Of a stretch of 64,000 bases of DNA, positions 1 through 11,102 are shown in pieces. How positions within the stretch are numbered: the first letter of the stretch is position 1; every line of letters begins with the position of its first letter. This DNA is from Squalus acanthias (Eukaryota), in NCBI GenBank assembly GCA_030390025.1, contig CM059439.1:29140001-29204000 (forward strand), written 5' to 3'. A program made the translations under genes and the position numbers. Under the pieces are notes generated by a model. That model made no database searches, was not told the DNA's origin, and saw only the letters and a program-made list of their open reading frames with translations.

Positions 1-3000
1 TTTTTGTTAAAAAAAACTTTAAGTAGTTGAAAAAATACAGCCTAGAAATTACTGCTGGGTGAATTTTGACGTGTTTGTCTGACATTCCACTGTTTCCTAT
101 TTTACCAAAGGTGCTATCAATAAGTTGAATTTATAGAGCGCCAGCACAAATGGGTTAACACCTATGTTCAAATATCAGAAGAGGAATGTCATACAAACTT
201 GTTTAGCGTTTGTCTGCTAATAGCAACATTAGTTGCTGGGCTTGTATGTCAGTATCTAACCCTCCCTGCTGATTCAGATTAAGACGGGTAATGACAATAT
301 CATCAGGGAACTGAGAATATTATTTTTATAGTGTTCCTTCTATGTCATTGGGCTTTTATGAAACAGGTTTGATGAATCCTATAGTTTCTCCCCTTGAGAA
401 GGAAAGTTTTCTACCCGCTTTTAGGTCCTTCCCATCAACATCAGAAACATTCTCCAATGCAAAAGAAGACAGGCAGCCTACTCACCATGGTGCTCTGTAA
501 CTCACTGGCAGAACATGCCGCCCCCCTCCCATCTCCCCAGCAAGTCACTCACCTTGCAGTTTTCCCTTCCCTTAGAGTAAGCTCTTGGTCGCCCTCATTC
601 TCAGTGCTGCCTCCTGTGGCCAGCTGACACTGGAGATCTCTGTGGAGAAACCCGCATCCAACCATTCTGGGTCAGACCTGGAGTACGTGTGTGTGTAAAA
701 CAGGTGACAATTTACAAACCAGTAACTTTTTTAAGAACTTAGATTTGGATTAAAGTCTTCAGGGTGCAAAAAGGTTGATTGATGATAACTTAGTACTTTT
801 ATATTTTATATAATTACTTTTTCAAATTTCTGAATTTTCTCTGGGAAATATAAATGGCTTTGCGGTGATTTATAATATTTTGCTGCGCTTGAATTATTTT
901 AGATGTATATTTGGAAACAAAATACTTGGGGTGAGAATTATTTGTATAGAAAGTAGATGGAACTGAGTTAAAAGGGAGTGTTTCTGTTAAAGGGAGCAGC
1001 TGGTTTATATAGAAAATAAGGGATCATGATTATAATGCTATAATCCACCTTATAAACAGGGAGAGCAGTGAACCACTTCAATAGGTTACAGTGTAACTTA
1101 TTTCCTAACCCATGTTACATGTGCCGTTAATGAAAGAGGATATTAATCAGATTGATTTACATAATACTTCATCATGATTTAGTTTGCTTAGTGTGTATTA
1201 TTTCATGTATTTTAAATTTGAATTGGGATTTTGTCTCATTTCTGCCTTTGCGCCTGTGTAAAATTTCCAGCAATTTCCTTGAGTCTTCTCTCTACTTTGT
1301 GTCTTCCTCAGCTTCTGACTTCTTTCGAACACCCTTTGCACGTGTCCCACTATGTAGTCACTATGTACTGAATACCACGAGAAGCTGAGGATGACTCTAG
1401 ATAGTGGGTCAAAACAGCTTGGAAGAGTTTACACACAATGCTAACTGCTAACGGTTGAAGTAAATTGGAATATCAACTTATCATGTGCAAATTTCAGCAG
1501 TCCAGTATCTTTTTCAAAAACATATATCTATGTAAATATTTCAAATGCAGCTTTAAAACAACACAAGTAAAGAGGTGGAAGAGTTGATATTTTTGCATTT
1601 AAGGAACAGAGGCTTGTCTTGGTGGAGCTAGTGCCCCTGCAATCCCCCATGGCTTGTTCAAAGGGTTGCTATCTGAATCAGGTTTAAGTGGTTCACCAGC
1701 CAGTTTCTCACAAATACTGCACTTTTCTGTTAAGCAGTGTTGAAAGGACTCTGAGCAAATCTTTGAGTTGATTACAATCTGTCTGGAAAGTAACCCGTAG
1801 TTTTTGTTGAATACGTGCCCAGGAGACCTCAGTGTATTGTGTATTCTCTTGCAGCATTCACACTGCTGCACAAAGTAAGATTTTTTTTTTTATTGAGGGC
1901 AAACATATTAAGAGAATGTTAAGGAAATCTCTTGTCACTTTGGATTCCATGGGGTTTATTTTTCAAGTTTGTAAAATATTTTAAAATATTATATGTGGGA
2001 ACAAAGACAATTAGAATGACAAAACCCTATTTTAATTTAAGTTTTATTTTTAGTCATTAAAAATACCATAATGATGCTATAATGAATGATCCAGTGTGTT
2101 CTATGGACAAAACATTAGGCAATGGGTCCAACATTGATATTACTGGATCATTCATCGTGTAGTTAAAACTACAAGTTACAGTTGAAAAAAATATTGAAGG
2201 CTTATTCAGGTGATACACTAAACTGCAAGAACAAATTTGGAATGATCAGTTACCTGAGCACTGAATCGTGTGGTGTTTTTTAAACACACTGTATCCTGTG
2301 AAATTCCTTGTAGTAGAACTATGTGGAGTTTGCAGAAGCATTTTTATTACATCTTTGGTGGAGCTTTTTGTGTGCTAGAGGCTGGTGTCATGGCGGACAG
2401 TAAGAGATTGCAACTATGGTAAACTCATGATTTGAACTGGCGTGCTGTTGTAATACCTGATTTGTATGACAACAAAATTGGGTTTTCTTTCACTACTGTA
2501 CTGGGAATAGCACAAAAAGAAAAGCAGAAAGTGCTGGAAAGATACAAGAGGTCCATCAGTATTTGAAATGAGAAAAGACAGGTTACCATGTTGGGTATAG
2601 ATTCTTCGTCAGAACTCATTCTGAAAAACGGTCTACACATAAAGCAGTCTGTTTTTTAGTGTTGTCTCATTTTATTTCAGGATTCCTGCATTTGCAGTTT
2701 TTGTGCTTTTTTAATATCTAAGCTGTAGCTGTGATGATAGGTTCTAATTAGTAAAGGTCCTATCATGTACACATGATCACAAGAAATGAGGCTATCCAAC
2801 AGCTCCAAGAAACTGGCAAAGATGTGTTGCAAATTTGGATGAGTTACATGTCATAATTCAGCATCAATCTTAGAGACGTTCCTAATGCCATTTGACAGGT
2901 TCTTCCTAATTGGTTTCAACTAAAAGTTCACACACAAGCGCATGAGACTTTATGAAAAGAAAGCTCAATAGTTCAGTCCCTTAATTGCTCAACTAACAAT

Positions 3001-4225
3001 TTCGTTCTTTTTTTTGGGTTCTAGAGTAGCCATGTTCTTTTTTTTATTTTAATCTGAATAAAATATTTTCAAAGTATTCAGGTGCTCAACGTTTTCTAAA
3101 AACTTCCCTAGTTAGCCATTTGAACTGTAATAGCAGTCCTGTCTTCGGCGTCTGTACTCTAGTTGGCCTTTACCTAAAGCTTTGTCTGTGAATCAGGGAA
3201 ACAGCAATTAGTTCTCATATAGATATCTTTTCCTAGCAGAGTGGAGGAAAATAACAGGAATTGATTGCAATCTGATTAGATTCCTAATCATTTTGCAGTC
3301 AATTTTATGAATAAAGGCCCTTCAGTTCATTTGATCTCATCCTTGGGGCCTCCTGGGGGTTGCCTGATCTCCTTGAGGGGCAGAGAGGAATTTTTTGACA
3401 TAGGTTCCTGAATTGCGTCTCCCAGGGGTGGTGGAGGGAGAGAAAGATGGGTGGGAATACAGGGACAAGTTCATTAAGAAGTGAGACGAGCACTTTTGGG
3501 CCTGATGACCTTTTGTCATTCTGAGTAGGTAACATAGCATAATAGAACATAACATAACAGCCCTACCTATCTCATTCTTACAGAATACAGTGCATTACAG
3601 TGTTTCTCAAGTTAGTCTAATGTCCTGGCTTCAAACACCCTTCCTGGCAACCTGTCCAGCTGTTCATTAACCTTCGTCTCTGCCAGAAGTTTGAGTCCCA
3701 GAAGATGGAGGTCCGCACCATAAAAATGCCCAGAGATCATTATTAAATTGACAGTGTCACCCAGAAAGGTAACAAGATGGCCAGTGTGGGAAATACAAAA
3801 AAAAACACACTCCTGTGGTGCTCTTCTGTCATGGCTTTGTAGAAGGAGCTTTACTTTGTACCGAGCCTTTGCTGTACATGGTCTGGGAGTGTAAATGCTT
3901 GTAGTGGGGGAAAAGAGGTCAAAAAGTCACAAAATGTTCCATTTTTCAGAATGGAGATTATCCTTAGTTCATCCAGTGGGAGCTACAATTTATTTTAAAT
4001 CTTAGATTGGTTAATCCTACAATAAATGGATTAAAATCTATTACAAATATGTGGAAATATAAGGGAATTGACTTCATAACCAACCCCCGGATCCCAGCAG
4101 AGAACTGCACTCACAGGGAGCACAGGTTGGAGAATTTAAGAGATAACGTTTTATCCCGTTCTCTGACCTGTGCCCCCTTTCAGCTCAGTTTTCCTACTGG
4201 AAGTGCAGAATGTCAGACGCGAGAG

Positions 4226-4635
4226 AGAGAGAGACTAGAGAAGCTGGGTTTGTTCTCCTTACAGCAGAGAAGCTTAAGGAGAGATTCGACAGAGGTGTTC
4301 AAAATGATGAGGGGTTTTGATAGAGTAAATAAGGAGCAACTGGCAGGAGGGTCGGTAACCAGAGAACACAGGTTTAAGATAATTGGCAAAAGAACCAGAG
4401 GGGAGGTGAGGAGAAATATCTTTACGCAGCGAGTTGTTGTGATCTGGAATGCGCTGCCTGAAAGGGTGGTGGGAGCAGATTCAATAGTAACTTTCAAAAG
4501 GGAATTGGATATATACTGTATTTGAAAAGGAAAAATTTGCAGGCCTATGGGGAAAAAGCAGGGGAATGGGACTAATTGGATAGGTCTTCCAAAGAGCAGG
4601 CACGATGGGCCCAATACCCTTATTCTTTGCTACAT
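4226..4635 (+). mobile_element. CR1 LINE 3' end, 5'-truncated
   Basis: ORF2 C-terminal peptide ERLEKLGLFSLQQRSLRRD...RRNIFTQRVVVIWNALPE...TFKRELD, followed by a CR1-type 3' UTR (gggcccaata). Boundaries approximate. Confidence 0.9.
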
Positions 4636-5524
4636 GATATATATATAGAAATTAGGCCCATTTTTGGGCCCAGACTCGTGCTGCGGAGGCAGCATGCACC
4701 AAAATCAAGAGGCCCGAGGATCTCTTAATTAATATATTATGGCATCATTAAGATCTGCTAAATGTAAATTTCTGTGTTAAGTATGCATTACTGATTATAC
4801 ATGACTGTGTATGTCCATGTCTGTAATTATTTTAGTATAATACAAATGATGCAGCTAGTGTACACACACGTCACACTCCACACGTCACTCTGTGTTAATC
4901 CCACATTCTTCTGAATCACAGCTTCAAAATGACAACCACCTGCCAAGCTTCAAAATTCCTTAACCAAACAATTATACGCTGAGTGACCTCAGCCCGTGTT
5001 TGTTTAAGAATTAGACTTTCTGCCCTTAAAGAGACACAGTGCCACCTTAGCACAGTAATACATTGTGTGTTACATAGCATAACACCCCTTTCCATATGAA
5101 ATACTTCACCATCGAAGTGAACCTGAGCAGCACCACACATGTCTTCATATTGCTGGTTCCCTCTCTCTTTCCCTTTCTTTCTGTTTCTGCCTTTTTTTTT
5201 TCTACTTGTCTCTCTGTCCTCTTTTGTGTTTCTCTCACTCTTTGTCTTCTTTTCTGGATCTTTCTTTGTCCTGTCTTTTGTTCTTTTTGCCTTCTGTCCC
5301 TTTTCTTCTTTTGCCTGCTCTTTCTTTTCTTTTTGATGCCCGAAGGAGCAGGCTGATGGAGTGGGAAACCCAGCAGCCAGACCCAGAGGGTACAGGGAAG
5401 CCGAGAAGCTGCAGCTAAGATCCGAGGCAGCAGCCCGGGTGGGCAATGGTTCTGTGGCAGAGATGGGTTATCTTAATGTATATTTTCCATTCCTAACCAG
5501 TGCCAATGACGAGATTCCTTCTTA

Positions 5525-5838
5525 AAAGAAAGAAAGACTTGGATTTATATAGCGCCTTTCACGACCACCGGACGTCTCAAAGCGCTTTACAGCCAATGAA
5601 GTACTTTTGTAGTGTAGTCACTGTTGTAATGTGGGAAACGCGGCAGCCAATTTGCGCACAGCAAGCTCCCACAAACAGCAATGTGATAATGACCAGATAA
5701 TCTGTTTTTGTTATGTTGGTTGAGGGATACATATTGGCCAGGACACCGGGGATAACTCCCCTGCTCTTCTTCGAAATAGTGCCATGGGCTCTTTTACATC
5801 CACCTGAGAGAGCAGACGGGGCCTCGGTTTAACGTCTC
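5525..5838 (-). mobile_element. SacSINE1/Deu-like SINE, 5'-truncated
   Basis: (aaga)n tail, atttatatagcgcctttcacgacc, and a body near-identical to the 48110-48487 copy. Confidence 0.85.
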
Positions 5839-8800
5839 GAGTGAAGCTTTATGAAAAAGGACTCCTTGCGCATTGAATGGGGCTACCAACTAAGAGTGCT
5901 TGAAAAGGCTACTTGTATAAACCTAGCTCAAGATTATGACTGTCTAATTTAAACCATAACAGGTCAAGAGTTGATGTAGCTCAACTCCTAACCAGATGAT
6001 TAAAGTTTCAAGTAGTATGGCCACCTATCACACAGATATATTTTACATTTTCTTAATCATTTTGGTGAACTATTTGTGTTTGGCAAGGTGAGGGATGTCA
6101 ATGCTGAGAAGCTGAATATGTTTATCTTCCCCCCGCCCCCCCACCCCCCGAAATGTCAACATCATGCATTGACGGCAGGTGTAGCACGAAGATGCGGAGT
6201 AAAGCTACATGGCTCCAACAATCACCTTAACCCCAATCTCAGAAGAGACTCAGAGTGGCATTTCATTTCTCACACTCGGCATCCGTGTGACCTTTGTGAG
6301 TGAGATTTAGTGACGATTACTGCTGAATTTGGCCGAAACTCACATTCCAGTTATGCATGTTCTTATCAGGTGAACCACATTAATACAATATAAGGGCCAA
6401 TTCCAAGAGTGCACCTCGCTATACCAGGCAAGTAGGCCCAAATGCCCTATTCGTGGAATGCCAAAGACAGTCAGCTGTAAACTTAACACATTTTTTAGAG
6501 ACATTGCACAGAATGTGTAAATGCCTCATTAACCCCATAATTTTAGGCAAACCTATGTAAACTGGTCCTATGCCAAAATCAGTAATCTTTCTTTTTCATC
6601 TGTTCACTCTGCTCACCCTTATGAAATGGAGGCTGCTGGGATTTCCTGCTCCGATCTTTTGGAGTTTGATTCTAAAGATGTAATTAACTGTTTAGCATTG
6701 TGTTTAAAGTTTTTTTTTGTTTTTCACACAGCTATATCTGTATTATCTTTGGTGTACTACTTGCTGCTTATATTTTCCAACTGCATTTTGCAATGTAACT
6801 CCACTTGCAGATACCCAGATAAGTATGGTGGCAGCCTACTGCTCCTCAGTGGGGCCTCCGGACAAGGCTGTGGTGCCATGTTTCTTTGTGCTGGGCCATC
6901 AAGTTGTCCTGCAACTTCTGCCAGTACTTTGCTCTCCCTTTCCCCAACCAGTTGGCTAATCTTCTCCATGCCACTTGTTCAGTCCTCTGAGGAAGCCAGC
7001 TGGATTAGGCAGATCTGGCATCACCTTTAGAGGGAGCTACCTCATCCATGTCGTCTCCTGTCATGCTCTGGCTGTTGGAGATTCATTACAGATGAACAGG
7101 GATCTGTGTAGAATCAGACCTCTGGCCCCCATTTAGGAGTGTGAAGCCCATCATGAAGGTTATCTCAGCCATCACCCCATTTTAGCTGTGGTTCTAGAAT
7201 GGGCCGTAGAACAATGCGGAGAGAGTAGGGGAAATAAAAGCACGTAACTTTTTAAAAATGATTTTAAGGGCATTTTCGTGTCGGGATCAGCATTTGCATA
7301 GCGAGAATTACTTACAGCCAGCCACTTTAGCCTGACGCCCATTTTCCAGGCTGTGTGTGGGTTGGTCGGAGGCAAGATTGCATCACATCTGTTGGTCCAG
7401 CAGGAGGGAGCCAGGAATGCAAAGGTTAGAAGATCTGTTCTTCAGTTATTAAAAATAAAGCTGGGAATGGCCACAACGCAGTAATTTCATCGCCTCTTGA
7501 AATCTCACTCATGCGTCTGTTATTTTTTTCACAAAACATACTGCAGTGATCTTTCGCGGTGACATTATTCCATATTAGGTCAGTTTTGTTTCAGCAGCAG
7601 GTATCAATGTTGACAGGTATCTGCTTTATTCAATGTGTGTATGTATGTGAAAACACATATAGAACAAAGCCTATGTATCCTAATTCCTTATTAGGACAGT
7701 TTTATATATTTACTGATTATTAATAATCACTCAAGAGGAATAAAGAACTACTTACAGATGGTCAAGCATTGACAGCATACTACTGTAGTGTTCTGCGTTT
7801 CAATATAGATCTACGGAAGGCTTAGGGAAAACAGGGAATGTGCAACTTTAATTTGAATTTGTGGCTTTTTGGCAAAAAAGAAGAGGATATGTAAATGAGT
7901 TGTTGGAAAAACTACTGAGTGAGAAAAGAAAATGCTGCCCATCTGAGCTCAAGCATTGAAAGGTTTGGATGGAGGGAATAATAGAGCCAAGGGACCATTG
8001 TTAGAGAGAAGAAAAGGAAAGGCTGGAAGAGGAGCTGGCTGCACTGAAGCCCAGTTCGAGGGGGTACGTGTTTAGTATTAGATTTGCAACTTAAAGGAGC
8101 TTAAAAAAGCAGAGATTTTTCGATGCAGGATGAAGGCTGATGCCAGTCCAGTGCCTGAAGTTGGAATCATCTCTTGCTTGGGAAATTTTAAATAAGAAAG
8201 ATTCCGCGTTTCTTGGGAGGGGGGAGGGGGAATTGAGTAACTTTTAAGTTTTTTGGTAAGACAATGTGTTACCTAAATAAGATTATTTTAATTTAGTTTT
8301 GTTGTCTCTATTTTGACTATAACCAAACAAAATGAACGTGGCTGGACATAGATGGTCAGATCAGCATCTGTAAAGATTTTATGCAAACAAACTGAATATT
8401 TTAGCTTTCTGTCAAATTTTTCTGACAAAACCTGTGATGGAGGGAACAAAACAAACCACTTTTAACTAATGTAAAAGTTGTGTAAACATATTAAAAACTT
8501 GCAGTAAAATGCCATTAACTGTACTGTACCATTTTGGTATTGTACATTGTTGAAATAAATCTCAAACCCATCTAAAGTGTGTATATTTTTTTAAATCTCA
8601 CAGTAAATGAGTACTTAATAAAAACCCTTTCTTCAAAAAAATTAAAAATTACCCTTTTCAATTTAATTTTTGCCCAAATTATGTTGCACCCCTTTAAACT
8701 GTTGCACTAATTTTGTCAAAAAGTGAATGGCTAATGAAAAGCGTGATTTAGATTCATCACACGACATCATCGTGGAACATATACTGTACACTGTATATTA

Positions 8801-9167
8801 CACTAAACATTGTAACATACCATACACCACATATAAACCCAGTGAGTGGTTGTCTACTAATAAAATGCAGCACTAGTTTTTAGACTCATGCCTCCATAAA
8901 ATCTCTTTCAACACAGAAAACACGTATTATCTAGAAATTATTTGCAATTGATAACTTGGAAGTTCCGAACCTGCCTTTTTTTAATATAATTTCATACAGG
9001 TTGGAGTAAAGATGGAGGCCTATTTGCCTCATTTACCTTTGAATTGATTGATTAAAACTGTAATATAAGATATTGAGTCAGTACACATAAAGGAAATGTT
9101 TCTATTTTCACGAGTGAGGCTAAGGCATCAATTACTAATCTAGGCTGACTTTAATATAAAGAGTGAG

Positions 9168-9568
9168 TGGCTTGAATTCCCTTAAGTATTGAAGATTGAG
9201 GGGTGATCTGATTGAGGTGTTTAAAATGTTAACAGGATTTGATAGGGTAGACCCAGAGAAACGAGTTCCTCTGGTGGGGGAAATCAAGAACAAGGAACTT
9301 AAACTTAAAATTAGAGCTAGGAGATTCAGCAGTGAAATCAGGAAGCACTTTTTCATACAAAGGGTAGTAGAAATTTGGAATTCTCTCCCCCAAAAAGCTG
9401 AATTAATTGGTGTTTTCAAGACTGAGATTGATAGATTTTTGTTAGGCAAGGGTATCAAGGAATATGGAGCAAAGGCGGGTAAATAGATTTGTGGTACAGA
9501 TCAGCCATGATCTGATTGAATGGCGGAGCAGGCTCGAAGGGCTGAATGACCTGCTCCTGCTCCTATGA
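9168..9568 (+). mobile_element. CR1 LINE 3' end
   Basis: LRGDLIEVFKMLTGFDRVD...RKHFFIQRVVEIWNSLPQ...FKTEIDRFL, plus UTR gatcagccatgatc...gggctgaatgacctgctcctgctcctatg. Confidence 0.92.
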
Positions 9569-10181
9569 CAGTTTGCTTCATGTGTAGAACTGAAAATTAT
9601 ATTCCACAGGGAAGCATTGAGCTTTGTTTTTCATGATACTTAATGTAGTTTGATGCAATTTTCATTAGGTTTTTCAAACAGCATGAAAAACCATTGCAAG
9701 ATGGCAGGTGATACCACTTAGTCTTTGTATTTTAACTGTGGTGGAAATACAGGAAATGTCTCTTTAGTTGCCAGTACACACAAGCAATATGGACTGCTAC
9801 CAGCTTTGGGATACAATTTATTTTTATTTCTATGCAGTAAGTGAACCTAAATTTGTACCCAGTGAGCACCAAGTTGATTATTATAGTGATGGTCACAAAT
9901 AAAATTATGTACTGCAGGTGACAGAGACATGTTCTGTTTATTCCTGGGCTCTGTTCTTTTTAAAAATCATTCTCAAGAGTGAAAGGGAAACAGCAGTGGC
10001 AGAGGATTTTATTTACCACAGCTCCGCAAATCAAAATCATGGCAGGAAGTTGTAACGAGTGCATTCACCCCGGCTCCTAAAAGTTGTTGCCTGCGTTTCA
10101 CCATTTGCTCTTAGCTACATTTCTCTGCAATATGCTCACCTCACATTTCAGAGGGCGGGCAGGAGACTGAGCTCGACAAGG

Positions 10182-10745
10182 TAAGAAAGAACTTGCACTG
10201 ATTTAGCACCTTTCATGTCCTCAGGAAGTAACAAAGTGCTTCACAGTCAATGCATTGCTTTTGAAACGTATCCAGTGTTATTAGGCAATTGCGGCAGCAT
10301 GATCCCATAAACAACAAGTAAGGTTTATGACCAATGCTCCCCTCTAATTTAAATTTGGGTGTGCGATCCCTTTAACGGGCTGCGCGGCCCATTCAAAGTT
10401 TCACGCATCGCACATTGGAAAAGCCGGTCCCGGGCTGCACGGGACCGGGCAGACAGCTACGCGGCCACAGCTTAGCGGGAACGTTGTATATTACCAGTTA
10501 ATCTGTTTTGGTGGTGTTGGTTGAATGTTGGCCAGGCCACCAAGAGAATTCCCTGCTCTTCTTCGAGTACTGGTATAGGATCTTTTATGGCCACCTCAAC
10601 AGGTGGATAATGCCGCAATTTGCTGAAAGACGGCAGACTCAACAATGCAGTATTTCCTCGGTACTGCACTGAGGTGTCAGCCTAGATTATGTGCTCAAGC
10701 CTTGAACACTAGAGTTTGAACCTCCAACTGAAGCAAGCTGACACA
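10182..10745 (-). mobile_element. Older SacSINE1/Deu-like SINE interrupted by a MITE
   Basis: Tail aagaaagaacttgca, body, and head remnant (agtttgaacc...ctgacac); collinear with the 48110-48487 copy except for the 10332-10486 insert. Confidence 0.8.
10332..10486. mobile_element. hAT-type MITE nested in the SINE
   Basis: Imperfect TIRs CAATGCTCCCCTCTAA / TTAGCGGGAACGTTG; degenerate 8-bp TSD tttatgac / tatattac (6/8). Confidence 0.65.
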
Positions 10746-10867
10746 AAGACGAGGGTGTACGAGAGCAGCATGGAGATAGTTCCCATTTTTATTTTCCACC
10801 TCTATACTTTATGGGGTAAGACACTGTTTTGTGACCTTTCCTGGGATGTAAAATCAGGGCTGTGAAT

Positions 10868-11102
10868 TCATAGAATCATAGAATCAAAGAAAGTTACAGC
10901 ACGGAAGGAGGCCATTTCGGCCCATCGTGTCCGCGCCGGCCAACAAAGAGCTATCCAGCCTAATCCCACTTCCCAGCTCTTGGTCCGTAGCCCTGCAGGT
11001 TAGAGCATCCTGAGTGCACATCCAAGTACTTTTTAAATGTGGTTAGGGTTCCTGCCTCCACCACCCTTTCAGGCAGCGAGTTCCAGACCCCCATAACCCT
11101 CC
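10868..11102 (-). mobile_element. CR1 LINE 3' end
   Basis: (catagaat)n tail, gaggccatttcggcccatcg, and ccaccctttcaggcagcgagttccaga (WNSLPE on the minus strand). Confidence 0.88.

Noticed and set aside
4007-4525. 172-aa ORF as a host gene
   Set aside because: Its C-terminal part is CR1 ORF2 and the rest is random read-through
4916-5446. 176-aa Lys/Glu-rich minus-strand ORF and overlapping Phe-rich plus-strand ORFs
   Set aside because: They are translations of a low-complexity pyrimidine tract (about 5157-5334); the exon-like purine stretch after it has no good donor
6626-7030. 134-aa ORF as a possible exon or RTE-like remnant
   Set aside because: No recognisable domain or convincing splice pair; the faint SWIRQI resemblance to LINE C-termini is too weak to call
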